A stretch of 64,000 bases of DNA, taken from NCBI GenBank assembly GCA_964016885.1, contig OZ024751.1, forward strand, positions 6,386,001-6,450,000, in the 5' to 3' direction. A program made the translations under genes and the position numbers. The stretch's first letter is position 1, and every line of letters starts with the position of its first letter. The notes under the pieces were generated by a model. It worked only from the letters and a program-made list of their open reading frames with translations. It did not search any database and had not been told where the DNA came from. Source of the stretch: Eledone cirrhosa (taxonomy: Eukaryota). Of this stretch, positions 14,552 to 27,539 are shown piece by piece.

Positions 14552-14917
14552 GTGGATGTATATGTATATGTATGTATGTGTGGATGAAGGTATGTGTGTA
14601 TATATAGGTGTAAGTGCACTAAATCCCTTTCTATCACGCTCCACTCCCCTACCCACCACAGGAAGATATATGTATGTATATTGCTTCCACCCCCTCACTG
14701 ACCAGCAGCTGGCCAGTTGGCCATTGCTAAATCTGACCTTTATAAAATAACCCACACCCCAAATAACTTCTCATTCACTACCAGAAAGGGACACAGCAGT
14801 CAACTTGTTGTTGCTACCTTGATGAAAACTACTATGAAATCCCACAATGAATTTTATACTTGAATTTTCAAATCACATTTTAACTCTTCGTATTATTAAT
14901 TTTTCTTAATATTAATC

Positions 14918-14965
14918 AACATTTGAAAAGATGGCTTTTGCAGACCCATCGAAACCGGTCATTTT
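14918..14965 (+). ncRNA. Hammerhead, U3-A8 variant
   Basis: aacat-TTGAAAA-gatgg/ccatc-GAA-ACCGGT-C-atttt. Confidence 0.65.
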
Positions 14966-15067
14966 TTATACCCTTTATTATTTCCTTACCTTATAAAATT
15001 ATATGTTTTTTCACAAAAAAGTATTCTGTCTCTTATATATTCCATGTGCCATTACCAACCTCAATTT

Positions 15068-15125
<58 letters not shown>

Positions 15126-15388
15126 AACTCAATATATATATATATACAATATTATACAATTTCCGTAAGTTAAACAATTTGATTGTACAGCAAGTATCAA
15201 ACAACAGTTTACAGTAGTGTTTTACTCAATGTACGAATTATTCCATAATGGTAGATCCCGTGGTAGTTTTACTATAAATTCCAAGTGTATATAGAAATTT
15301 AAAAAAACTATTATTTAACAGACCAGATAGGTGGAAATAAATGTTATTCCCACTCATATTGATTGTAGGGTGTTAGATAATAATTTTG

Positions 15389-15435
<47 letters not shown>

Positions 15436-15858
15436 ACACAGATATATATATACAGGTTTTAAACATTTCTCTCTACTTTACAGCCCCTTGGATTGTGTTT
15501 ACCGATATTATATTCCTTTATTAGAAGGGAGCGAGCGTTCCTAGCAAAATCACACATTTTTTTAGTCTGCCCCATTCCACCCAAGAAATACAAGGAAAAA
15601 AATCGTAAGTGTGTGAGTGGGGGCAAGTTATAGAGAATCAGCTGTATTCACGGAGCTTCGTGTGTTTTGGTCCATGCAGTTGCAGTCGGGTGCACCTAAT
15701 AGGCTATCCGTGGCTATACGAGGCAGCGTGGGATCCGGTAGGAGATCTGCCTTCCAGGCTGTTGCATGGAGAATAAGAGGTAGCTGTTGCTTTTGTTTCC
15801 CTCAGTTCAAAAGGTGTTCCATAGTAAATTTCCATCACCGTTAGGTGTGTCCACCAGT

Positions 15859-16570
<712 letters not shown>

Positions 16571-16590
16571 AAATATATATATATATATAT

Positions 16591-16780
16591 AGGTTTTAAT
16601 ATAGATGAGATTCTACAGGACTAGAACTGTTTCATTCTTTAGAAATCATCAGGAATCAGATTTCTAAAGAATGAAACAGTTCTAGTCCTGTAGAATCTCA
16701 TCTATATTAAAACCTTTATACTCTGCTATGTATTGAGTACCTTACTTACTGTGGTTACCTCCGATTCAACCCGGAATAAC
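16591..16780. mobile_element. Fold-back pseudo-LTR (57-bp arms) in (TA)n
   Basis: 16591-16647 is the reverse complement of 16659-16715. Confidence 0.85.
16609..16657 (-). ncRNA. Type I hammerhead ribozyme with true helix III
   Basis: gattc-CTGATGA-ttc/gaa-GAA-ACAG-ttctagtc-CTGT-A-gaatc. Confidence 0.75.
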
Positions 16781-16781
16781 G

Positions 16782-16809
<28 letters not shown>

Positions 16810-16813
<4 letters not shown>

Positions 16814-19720
16814 GGAAAACGAAGAATTAATGATGCATCGGAACACAATTTATTACGTATAACAATTGTTTCTCCGGTGCGATCTGTTTGTGGATTGAAC
16901 CTGACTCTGGATTCGCAAGTTCCTCAGATACGACAAGTGATTTCGAACCAAATCCTCTTTCTTCTGGACTCCGACCCTTAACATTTCTATCATCTGCCAT
17001 CATCCTGTTTGCGCGGCACTCCGATTGTGTATGACCATTCAAATCTGCCCACTGACCATTTCCATTCAGGCGTGAGCCGGCACTCACCCTAATCCCGTTG
17101 CCAGAAATTACTTCTATGTGTAGGAGAGGTGTTATGAACTCTCTTGCCTCTCCCTGGCTTGCCCTTCTCCCTACACATATACACCCACACGCACGTGTTC
17201 TCACATATATGCAGACATTCCGAGCCATTAATCGCACATTTATCTGTGCGGACATACATACATACACACACGCACACACAAACACATAGAGCTTGCGTGT
17301 TTGCGTTCACATGTGTACATACATATATTCACCTCTCATATATATGTTCATTCATACACAGATATTCGTACACATGTATACATAAGGGACCCACATATAT
17401 ACATATATCTATCCATACACGGTCACATATACATATATATACATATATATATACACATATGTATATCTATACATACACATATATGCACCCATACACACAC
17501 ACGCGTACATTTACCCGCGCGTACATATGCAGTCAGTCAGGCCTACTCATACACACACACAGACACACAGACATACACATATATATATATATGTATGCAC
17601 ACGGACGCACACACACACATATATACACATGTGTATACATATACATACGCACACATATATATATACTCACACACACACACATATATATGCGCACTCACAC
17701 ACAGACACCCGCCCTACACACACGTACTCACACATGGAAATAAACTGTACAAAAATATTTGGAAAGTGCATAGAAATATGCATATGATGCTGTACATCGG
17801 TTAGTGCACAAATAAATATTACGTGAAGAAATCCGTAAAAATTACAAAAAAACCTACATATGGGGAATACGTGAAATAATGCACGCAGCCTCGCATAGTG
17901 GTATATACGTATATGCAGACACACTTTGATGCACATGTTTGACTGAGTTGGCATTATGGTGCTAACGTGAAATAATCCACATACAGAAACCTTATAAACA
18001 AAATTACATATGGGAAGCTGATAGGAACTATGCAAAGGGTATATTTAAAACATATATTAAACGTATATGAAAAATACACATGAGGTTGTACATGAAAAAA
18101 TACATAAAGTGTTACATAATGGAATACGTAGAGAAAATAGACACACTACATAAATATATATGCAGGGAGTAATGAAGATCAGTTTGTAAAGGAGTAGGTT
18201 ACTGTGGCTAAAATAGAGTACGTTAGTGATGTGTGATACGGGATTGAGTATACCCATGGAAATTGAATCGCCGTGTCCTGGCTACTGCGACGGCGCTGTT
18301 TAAGATAAGGTGCAGCGTTAAAAGTGCAGCATTAAGTGTGTCGACCTGCCCAACTGGGCATACATAGTCATCAACGCTCCCCCGTATGGATCTAGTGGGG
18401 CCATCAACGCTCCCCCGTATGGCTCTAGTGGAGAGTGTGCACCTTCGCTAGTGTCTACATGCCATAATGATCTCCGATTTCAGTTTGACTGCCTCATCCC
18501 TTAATCTCACTATCTCTATGGCTTCGGGCAGGCACAGCTTGCACTTCCTCTCTCCGGCCGAATATGCACTACCACGCTGATTGATACTCCAGTTGAGATC
18601 ATACGTGGTGCCGCTGTCCTTCAAGTCCCATATCAAGTCCGCCAGCCTAGTGGAGTGTCTCTTGCTACGGTCTTTGAAAGTGTTCGTGTGATTGTACATC
18701 CTCAATTTAAAGGTCGTGGATGCTGCGCCGATGTAGCTGTGCTTGGTGTTGTGCATGTTAACCACACATTTATAGTCAACACCCTTCATTAGGCATCTTC
18801 CCTACAGAGGGGATTGTGTGCTCACTAGGTACTTGCAAGTTCGGGCCGTATTCTGCTCATTCCTTAAAGGGGGCTTGGCTTTACTGCGGCGTTCTCCCGA
18901 TTATCTGAGTGTTGTTCTTCCGGTGTGGTGGTCTCCTTTCTGTCGTTCGGTGCCACCTGGTAGCCGAGTACTGCGTCTTGCGCGGGTAGATCGGCTACTG
19001 TGGGGACCGGACCATAGCAGGTGACCCTGCCTCCATGTGGTCCTCCCGACCCTCCAGCATCGTCGGTCGCCTGCCGTAGTTGGCGGTCGAATTTCCCCAA
19101 CTTCACCTCATTGGTTTTGGCCATATAGTCTGCACTGTTAGGTGCGGTGGCGAAGGAGAACTTCCCTGTGTGGTGGTTGAATATTCTGTGATACCTGTTC
19201 GACGGCGGGAAGCACTCGTCCAATGCTCTGAAGCAGAGGCCTGGTACATTACTGCATACATGTTTCGAATACGGCGCATTAAACCACGTAATAGTTCTAG
19301 ATATTGACCTATTTCGTCGTCTGTGTGTAGTAATGTGTGCTGGGTCAGGTTTCCATCCCGGGTCGTGTCTACCCGTTAGTTCATCCCCTATGCTACAGCT
19401 GTTCTTATATCTACCATATGCGTCCGAATTACACCGTTCTCTTACTAAATATTCAGTTCTATTGTGTCGGCCTTATGGGTAATCCCATTATTGCTATCTG
19501 GTGCTACTGTCGGGGCTATGCCTATGCTATCGATCCGGGTATTCCCTCTATCTGGTTTCACGCCCAGTGCTCCCTTTACTCTGTCACTTGCTCTAGTTCC
19601 CCCGTCGCGTATTTTGTTTGTGTTGAGATTCTGTCTGCGTGTACTATGTGGTCAACTCTCCCCGTGTGCCTTCTTCTGTCTTAGTGTCAGTTTTGTGTCC
19701 CCACCTTAACCTTTCTAGGG
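16810..19720 (-). mobile_element. Decayed Nematis-like PLE (RT end, GIY-YIG 18448-18840, 3' HHR)
   Basis: DECFPPSNRYHRIFNHHTGKFSFAT; YKC..YIGAASTTFKLRMYNH..CKLCLPEA..ACRH. Confidence 0.85.
16856..16932 (-). ncRNA. Type I hammerhead ribozyme with 48-nt helix II
   Basis: cgtat-CTGAGGA-..tgcga/tcgca..-GAA-ACAATTGT-T-atacg. Confidence 0.7.
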
Positions 19721-20231
19721 AATTTTTTAGAAATCTGGTGGAGGCCATCTTCTCTGAGGGCCTAAAAAAAAAAAGATTTTTTGCAGAGAAGGATAGAGAG
19801 AGTGAGAGAAAGGAAGTGAGAAAGATATATAGAAAGAATCAACCACATTATTTGACTGGTATTTTTTTATCGACCGTGAATGGATGAAAGGCAAAGTTGA
19901 CTTCAAATACTTATAATATGAAAACTTAAATGAATGTTCTTACAATATTGGTGGCTACAGTTGCATTAAGTAAAAAAGTTTGATATCATAAACACTCGAT
20001 GTGTGCCTCTTTTATTGATCGGCAAACATCAATACGATAATCAAGCTCGGAGTGTTTTTGTGGTTTTGGTTTTGTGTCACCCTGTAGTATATCAACAGCC
20101 ACAACTCAAATATATAACACGAAATTAATATACATTCCTTATTGGTTTATTTCTTTGTACAAGGAATATGAAAAACATTGTCTTTATGCATACCACATAA
20201 TTTCTGTTACTTACTTATTTATTCATTTCAG

Positions 20232-20270
20232 CATTCGTAACAATTTCCTGGAATGGATAGCAAATTTCTT
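20232..20270 (+). CDS. Candidate host exon C
   Basis: catttcag acceptor, gtaagt donor, 39 bp open only in phase 2 (IRNNFLEWIANF). Confidence 0.55.
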
Positions 20271-20547
20271 GTAAGTAGATTTCTAGACACTTGTATTTCT
20301 TTTACATGACTCTATACACAAATCATGAAATAAAACATTTAATTCACATCTACACGTGAACAGAAATTAGTTATGAATAAATAAAAATTTTAGAAAGTTA
20401 TTGAGTTAAGTACTAATCAGTTTCTTCTACTTAATTCATATATTCCTACTACTAAGCATGAACATCATTGATATATTTTTAGATAGGAAACATTACAGAC
20501 GAACATACACACAAGCTCATGATCACTAAAACACACATACATATGTA

Positions 20548-20607
<60 letters not shown>

Positions 20608-20610
<3 letters not shown>

Positions 20611-20771
20611 GAGAGAATTGGGAGTGTGTAACACTCCACTTATCAAATAGGCAGTATATGATTAGCTCAATGTCAGAGGACAGAGCCGTAATACAATTAA
20701 CAACAAAGAGCGCTTAGAACATAGGTATATCTTAAGACATACCTATGTTCTAAGCGCTCTTTGTTGTTAAT

Positions 20772-20776
<5 letters not shown>
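20608..20776 (-). repeat. Short insertion in (TA)n ending in an 82-bp near-perfect palindrome (20693-20774)
   Basis: acaattaacaacaaagagcgcttagaacataggtat / exact reverse complement, centre tcttaaga. Confidence 0.8.
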
Positions 20777-20836
<60 letters not shown>

Positions 20837-20839
20837 GGC

Positions 20840-20964
20840 TTCCACTGAAGATTTATAAGTGCCCACCTAAATATATTCTTACTTGAATATATGTTAGGCT
20901 TCTACATAAACTGGAAACATTCTCCCAATTTGTAGAAAACTTATAATGAAACAATTGTTTGGAA
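20840..20964 (+). ncRNA. Type I hammerhead ribozyme with 96-nt branched helix II
   Basis: ttcca-CTGAAGA-ttataagt..acttataa-GAA-ACAATTGT-T-tggaa. Confidence 0.8.
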
Positions 20965-21829
20965 AGAGAGATATATTTTAACTTTAATTATATCTCATAA
21001 AATAATACAACTGGCTTTCCACAAAATACATATAGTTAGCACCCCAAACACTTAAATTGGGTTTATACTAACATATAACCTAATGTTTGTTGAGTGAGAT
21101 GGTTACCAGTCGGAGTTTAGCTTAAATCTATCTCTGTTATTGTATTAAATATTTTACTCTTGATTTGGCCAGAGGTATTTATTTCCAGGTACCTTATAAA
21201 CATGACTTTCCGTATTTGTTACCGTTATGAGGTATGGTGGGCTTTTGGTTGTCACTTCTCTGGTTTTAGCCTAAGAAAATATATATATGCGTGAGTAAAT
21301 AATTACATGCATACATTTATTTTTTAAAATTAATTGAGTTCTTAACACGTGAAATTGATAATGGTTTTGAAATAACTAATTAACCCGCATGTATTAAATA
21401 TTTTACTCTTAATTTGGCCAGAGATTTACATTCGCAGATGCCTTTTAAAGCGTAACTTTCCGTATTTACTACGGTTATGAGATGCGACTTGTTATTTAGG
21501 TATCACTTCTGCTTTTAGCCTAAGAAAATATCTATATGCGTGTGTAATTAATACACGCATACATTTATTTTTTTAATATCAATTGAGTTCTTAACACGCT
21601 GGATTGATAATGTTTTTGAAAAAACTAATTAACCCACGTGTATATTATTTTCTTTTCTCGTGATTCGTGGTTGTCTCCCTTTCCCGCTTCGTGACGCTAT
21701 GATACTTCCTCAGTCAAAAGACTGCTGGAATTTCAAATTTGGCGGTCATTCGATGCGTGAAGGAGCAGCTTAGCAGACACGATTTTTAACTGCGGTAAGA
21801 ATTTTTTCTCATATCAAAGTTTAATGGGC

Positions 21830-21954
21830 TTCCACTGAAGATTTATAAGTGCCCACCTAAATATATTCTTACTTGAATATATGTTAGGCTTCTACATAAA
21901 CTGGAAACATTCTCCCAATTTGTAGAAAACTTATAATGAAACAATTGTTTGGAA
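21830..21954 (+). ncRNA. Type I hammerhead ribozyme, second copy
   Basis: Identical to 20840-20964. Confidence 0.8.
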
Positions 21955-22139
21955 AGAGAGATATATTTTAACTTTAATTATATCTCATAAAATAATACAA
22001 CTGGCTTTCCACAAAATACATATAGTTAGCACCCCAAACACTTAAATTGGGTTTATACTAACATATAACCTAATGTTTGTTGAGTGAGATGGTTACCAGT
22101 CGGAGTTTAGCTTAAATGTATCTCTGTTATTGTATTAAA

Positions 22140-22193
<54 letters not shown>

Positions 22194-22198
22194 CTAGC

Positions 22199-22229
<31 letters not shown>

Positions 22230-22342
22230 AAAATCGAAGTTGCAGCTGCGATTACCATTTTTCGAAATCAATCTTCAGAAGCTGGCACGAAGCACTCAAT
22301 GAGATGATATCGATAAATTGTTAAATTATAGCTTAGATTAAT

Positions 22343-22530
22343 TGTTTCTACTTTTGGCACAAGGCCAGCAATTACCCAGTGCATTACTGGTACTTTATTT
22401 TATCGACCCCGTAAGGATGAAAGGCAAAGTTAACCTCGGCGGGATTTGAACTCAGAATGGCAAGGGCCGTAACTCTATGCATCAAAGCATGGCATCCAAC
22501 CCTCTACCGATACTGCCAATTCACCGCCCT
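22343..22530 (-). mobile_element. Full-length tRNA-derived Nin-domain-type SINE with 18-bp TSD
   Basis: A/B boxes (tggcagtatcgg, gagttcaaatcc), gcctttcatcc..gtcgataaaataaagtaccag core; TSD attatagcttagattaat. Confidence 0.9.
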
Positions 22531-23820
22531 ATTATAGCTTAGATTAATAACAATACGTTTGTGTTGTGACACAGTGAAAACTGTGGTCGGAGACACGTTG
22601 CGAACAAAGCCACCACAACAACGAAAATACAAACGGGTTAAAGACGAACCTGCACCTGATCGATAGATATTATATAATTATAATCGGTTGGTTTCTGGGA
22701 ATCCGAAAGCCACACTCCACGTTGAGCAGTACGCAAGTCAGTAATGTATCCTAAGATTGAATGAGGATATCCCTTTCTAAACAGGCATTTCGTTCCGTAT
22801 TCCATGAGCCTGGTTTAGTAACTCCACTGAATGTATTGTAGCAATAACTTTGGCAGCCTTCTCACGTGTTCTTTCTCAAGAAAAGAGGACGATTCACATC
22901 CGGTAGTGTGAACAAAGTAATTTATTCACAGCTTCCGAGGCAAGCTCTCAAATAGTTTATCAAACAAACAGTATATATATAAACTGAATTAACAAAGCAA
23001 ACAATGAAGGTATAGTGTCGTAAAGATTAAGATATTTTCCTATTATTTCAAGCGTAAGACTAATATATTTCTTTATTGAACTGTGTCGTTGCCTTGCTAT
23101 GTCGTATTGTATGAAAACTATAAAATGTTAACATAATACATATTCATGTCTATATTTGTAAAAAATATTTCAGGGGAGACATAATTAGCAAATATATTGA
23201 AGCGGATGCATAAGCATAGAAGGCTAATTTATATTATGTTTCGTTCATATTGCATTATTTAATACCTTATCACCGGAAGCATAATATTGTATAATATTCA
23301 TCCCCTATTCCTGATCGTCACGATTCCACGGCGTCAAATTCCATCACCGCAATTATACTGCTGAGCTACATAGAGGACACGATGAATATCTGAGGTCTAA
23401 CCAGTGATTCGGTGTCTCTAATTTACTGTATCACAAACAAACCAACGATTTAAAGAAAATTTCCTCTGTCGAGCTGATATACACAGTAATATCTGTATTT
23501 TAAATACAGATTTCTTATTTCGATTCAGAAAATATTCAACACAAAGCAACTGCTGACGTCACATAGTGTTCAAGCTAGAGACCAACTATCACCTATCGAA
23601 ATTAATACAACATATACGTTTTCAACAAAATTTCAATATTTCTACTGTTTAGGCTACATCCATTATTAAAAGCATACATTGAAACGTAACCTCAATATTT
23701 GTGTGCATTCTATCCTCCACTTCACCCCTCTCCCAGATGCTAATTGCTATAGTGTCGATACAAAGCTTGTCTCCCCGGGCCAGACATATGTGTTAGTATA
23801 TATATACATACATATATACA

Positions 23821-25475
<1,655 letters not shown>

Positions 25476-25519
25476 ACCAGATTCGTTAAGACATCAGATA
25501 CAACGCTTTACTGTATTCG

Positions 25520-25625
25520 TTTGACCTCAATTCGCGCTCTGAGTTCAAATCCCTACATGGTCAACTTTGCCTTTCATCCATTCGAGGTCGATAAAAAAGT
25601 ACCAGTCCAGTACTGGGGTTGATTC
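25520..25625 (+). mobile_element. SINE fragment
   Basis: gagttcaaatcc..ctttgcctttcatcc..gtcgataaa..gtaccag. Confidence 0.75.
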
Positions 25626-25950
25626 TTCCTCTATAGAAAAAAATCGGCTGTCTTTATACCTGGAGAAGGTTGGACTCTGCCGGGTTCAAAAGTGCCATAG
25701 ACACGCCGTTTGACGGTGCCTCTACGACTCTACTGAGGTTTATGGGATCTTTATCCTTATATATAAATGTATATATATATATTTATATATAAAATAATAC
25801 TTCTTTTTTCGGAGACAAATCAACGAGCGACGATCCTGAAGTTGCCGAGTAAGTATACAAGGCTCTTTTATATACGTTTCCCAAAGTTACGTCTCTTTAT
25901 GGTCTGAGTTTATATCCCGCTCAGGTTACATTTGCCTTTCATCATTAAAT

Positions 25951-26040
25951 TTGCCTTTCATCCTTACGGGGTGGATAAAATGTAGTACCAGTAATGCACT
26001 GCGATTAATTGCTGGCCTTGTGTCAAAAGTAGAAACAATT
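25951..26040 (+). mobile_element. 5'-truncated SINE
   Basis: Core and tail match the full-length copies. Confidence 0.8.
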
Positions 26041-26625
26041 ATTAAAACATCACGTTGAAATGAAACGTCAATATTCGTGTAGTTTTCTTCTTCACGTCAC
26101 TCCACTCCTTAATTCAAAATACTAATTGCCATACTGTCGATACAAAGCTTGTCCAATTCTACATCCCACAGGGGTTCACTTCATATGTGAATGACTGAAT
26201 GTTATTAAGAATTTTGAAAAGACAAATATATATTGTAAATTATATCATATGTATCATAGAACAGGTCACATCACACCCTTACGTATTTCTTCCATACTCC
26301 TCCTAAACGATTCTGTATTACGCTTACTCGTGTTTTCCTGTAGCTGACGATTTGCAGGTGTCCAGAAATATCACGTCTATTGAACAAATAACAAGTTTAC
26401 TCTGTGAATGTTTTGGCCCTCTCTTGTATATATTTCTCGAATATTATTACCTGGGTTATTAATATATAAACTTTGGGTTGAATTAACTGTTTTGAATCTA
26501 TATAAATTTGAATCGAATCGAAGTAATTTCCCGCTCACCCCACCAAACAGTATATATTATGTTTAGAAATTAGCTGTCTTTGATCATTTTAGGAGTGTAA
26601 ATCTTATTTTTATTTATATATTCAG

Positions 26626-26652
26626 GGAGAAAACCAAAAAGAAATGCCACCA
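26626..26652 (+). CDS. Candidate host micro-exon D
   Basis: ttcag acceptor, gtaagt donor, 27 bp (EKTKKKCH in phase 2). Confidence 0.4.
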
Positions 26653-26951
26653 GTAAGTTCATTGGCTCTTGTCAAGACCTTCCTTATTCTATAAATGATA
26701 CCAGTTCCAATAATTGAATCGGTATTATACTTATCAAGAAATCACTCGGAAGAATTATCTGTGACTTGCCCAAAGCATATACAGAAACATCTAAATAAAT
26801 TACATGTCGTATGTCAGCAATATATATAGAAAGCCATATCGGACACCGGAATAGTTAATATATTTTCTTCGTAAGAAGAGATATTAATCTCGAAATATCA
26901 GGAATTATCAATAACTTAAGGTAAAAAAACCAAGACCTGTTTCTTACAATG

Positions 26952-27032
<81 letters not shown>

Positions 27033-27234
27033 TATAAAACATGGATCATACCAGCAGATTTATGTACGGTTGTGCGGGCTATCCAAAATGAACGGTCATG
27101 AAAGTTTTATCAAGATCTTTCGAAGATTCGCCCATAGATGACATGAACAATTACCTGAGACCATTTCTCAAAAGCTTAACTCAAATGTTTTCTTTAATAT
27201 TTTCTTTAAACTTGTATCAAAACGTTTTCGAGAA

Positions 27235-27299
27235 AATATGACGAATAATACTCCAAAAGTGAAGACATTTGAAAAATTTGGACAAATATTTTAAATAAC

Positions 27300-27337
<38 letters not shown>

Positions 27338-27403
27338 ACACACATTAATATCTTTGTCCAAATTTTTCAAATGCCTTCATTTCTGAGAATTATTCGTCAT
27401 ATT
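27235..27403. repeat. Imperfect inverted repeat (~55-bp arms) around (CA)n
   Basis: atgacgaataat..catttgaaaaatttggacaaa / tttgtccaaatttttcaaatg..attattcgtcat. Confidence 0.75.
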
Positions 27404-27539
27404 ATATATATATATATTTCGTTTCGGAATTTGTTTAGCAAGATTCTTTATCTGAAAACGTGTGTTGAAACCGATATTGTTATACTTTGGGAGGGTCATG
27501 TTGCCAATAAGAAACACACGCACCAGTGCTTTCACTTCA

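Larger units (their letters stand above)
12006..15071 (+). mobile_element. 5'-truncated Neptune-like PLE with about 1-kb inverted copy of its 3' end (12006-13116 vs 14122-15071)
   Basis: Long inverted repeat flanks the GIY-YIG fragment; HHR in each arm. Confidence 0.85.
20833..22142 (+). mobile_element. Non-coding 990-bp unit bounded by 320-bp direct repeats carrying HHRs (retrozyme-like or non-autonomous PLE)
   Basis: 20833-21152 equals 21823-22142 with one mismatch seen; no ORF; flanked by (TA)n; internal ~250-bp duplication. Confidence 0.85.

Noticed and set aside
22430-22530. tRNA gene
   Set aside because: A/B boxes belong to a SINE head; no cloverleaf
22570-23220. Additional candidate exons
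   Set aside because: Acceptor-like sites present but frames stop early or donors are weak
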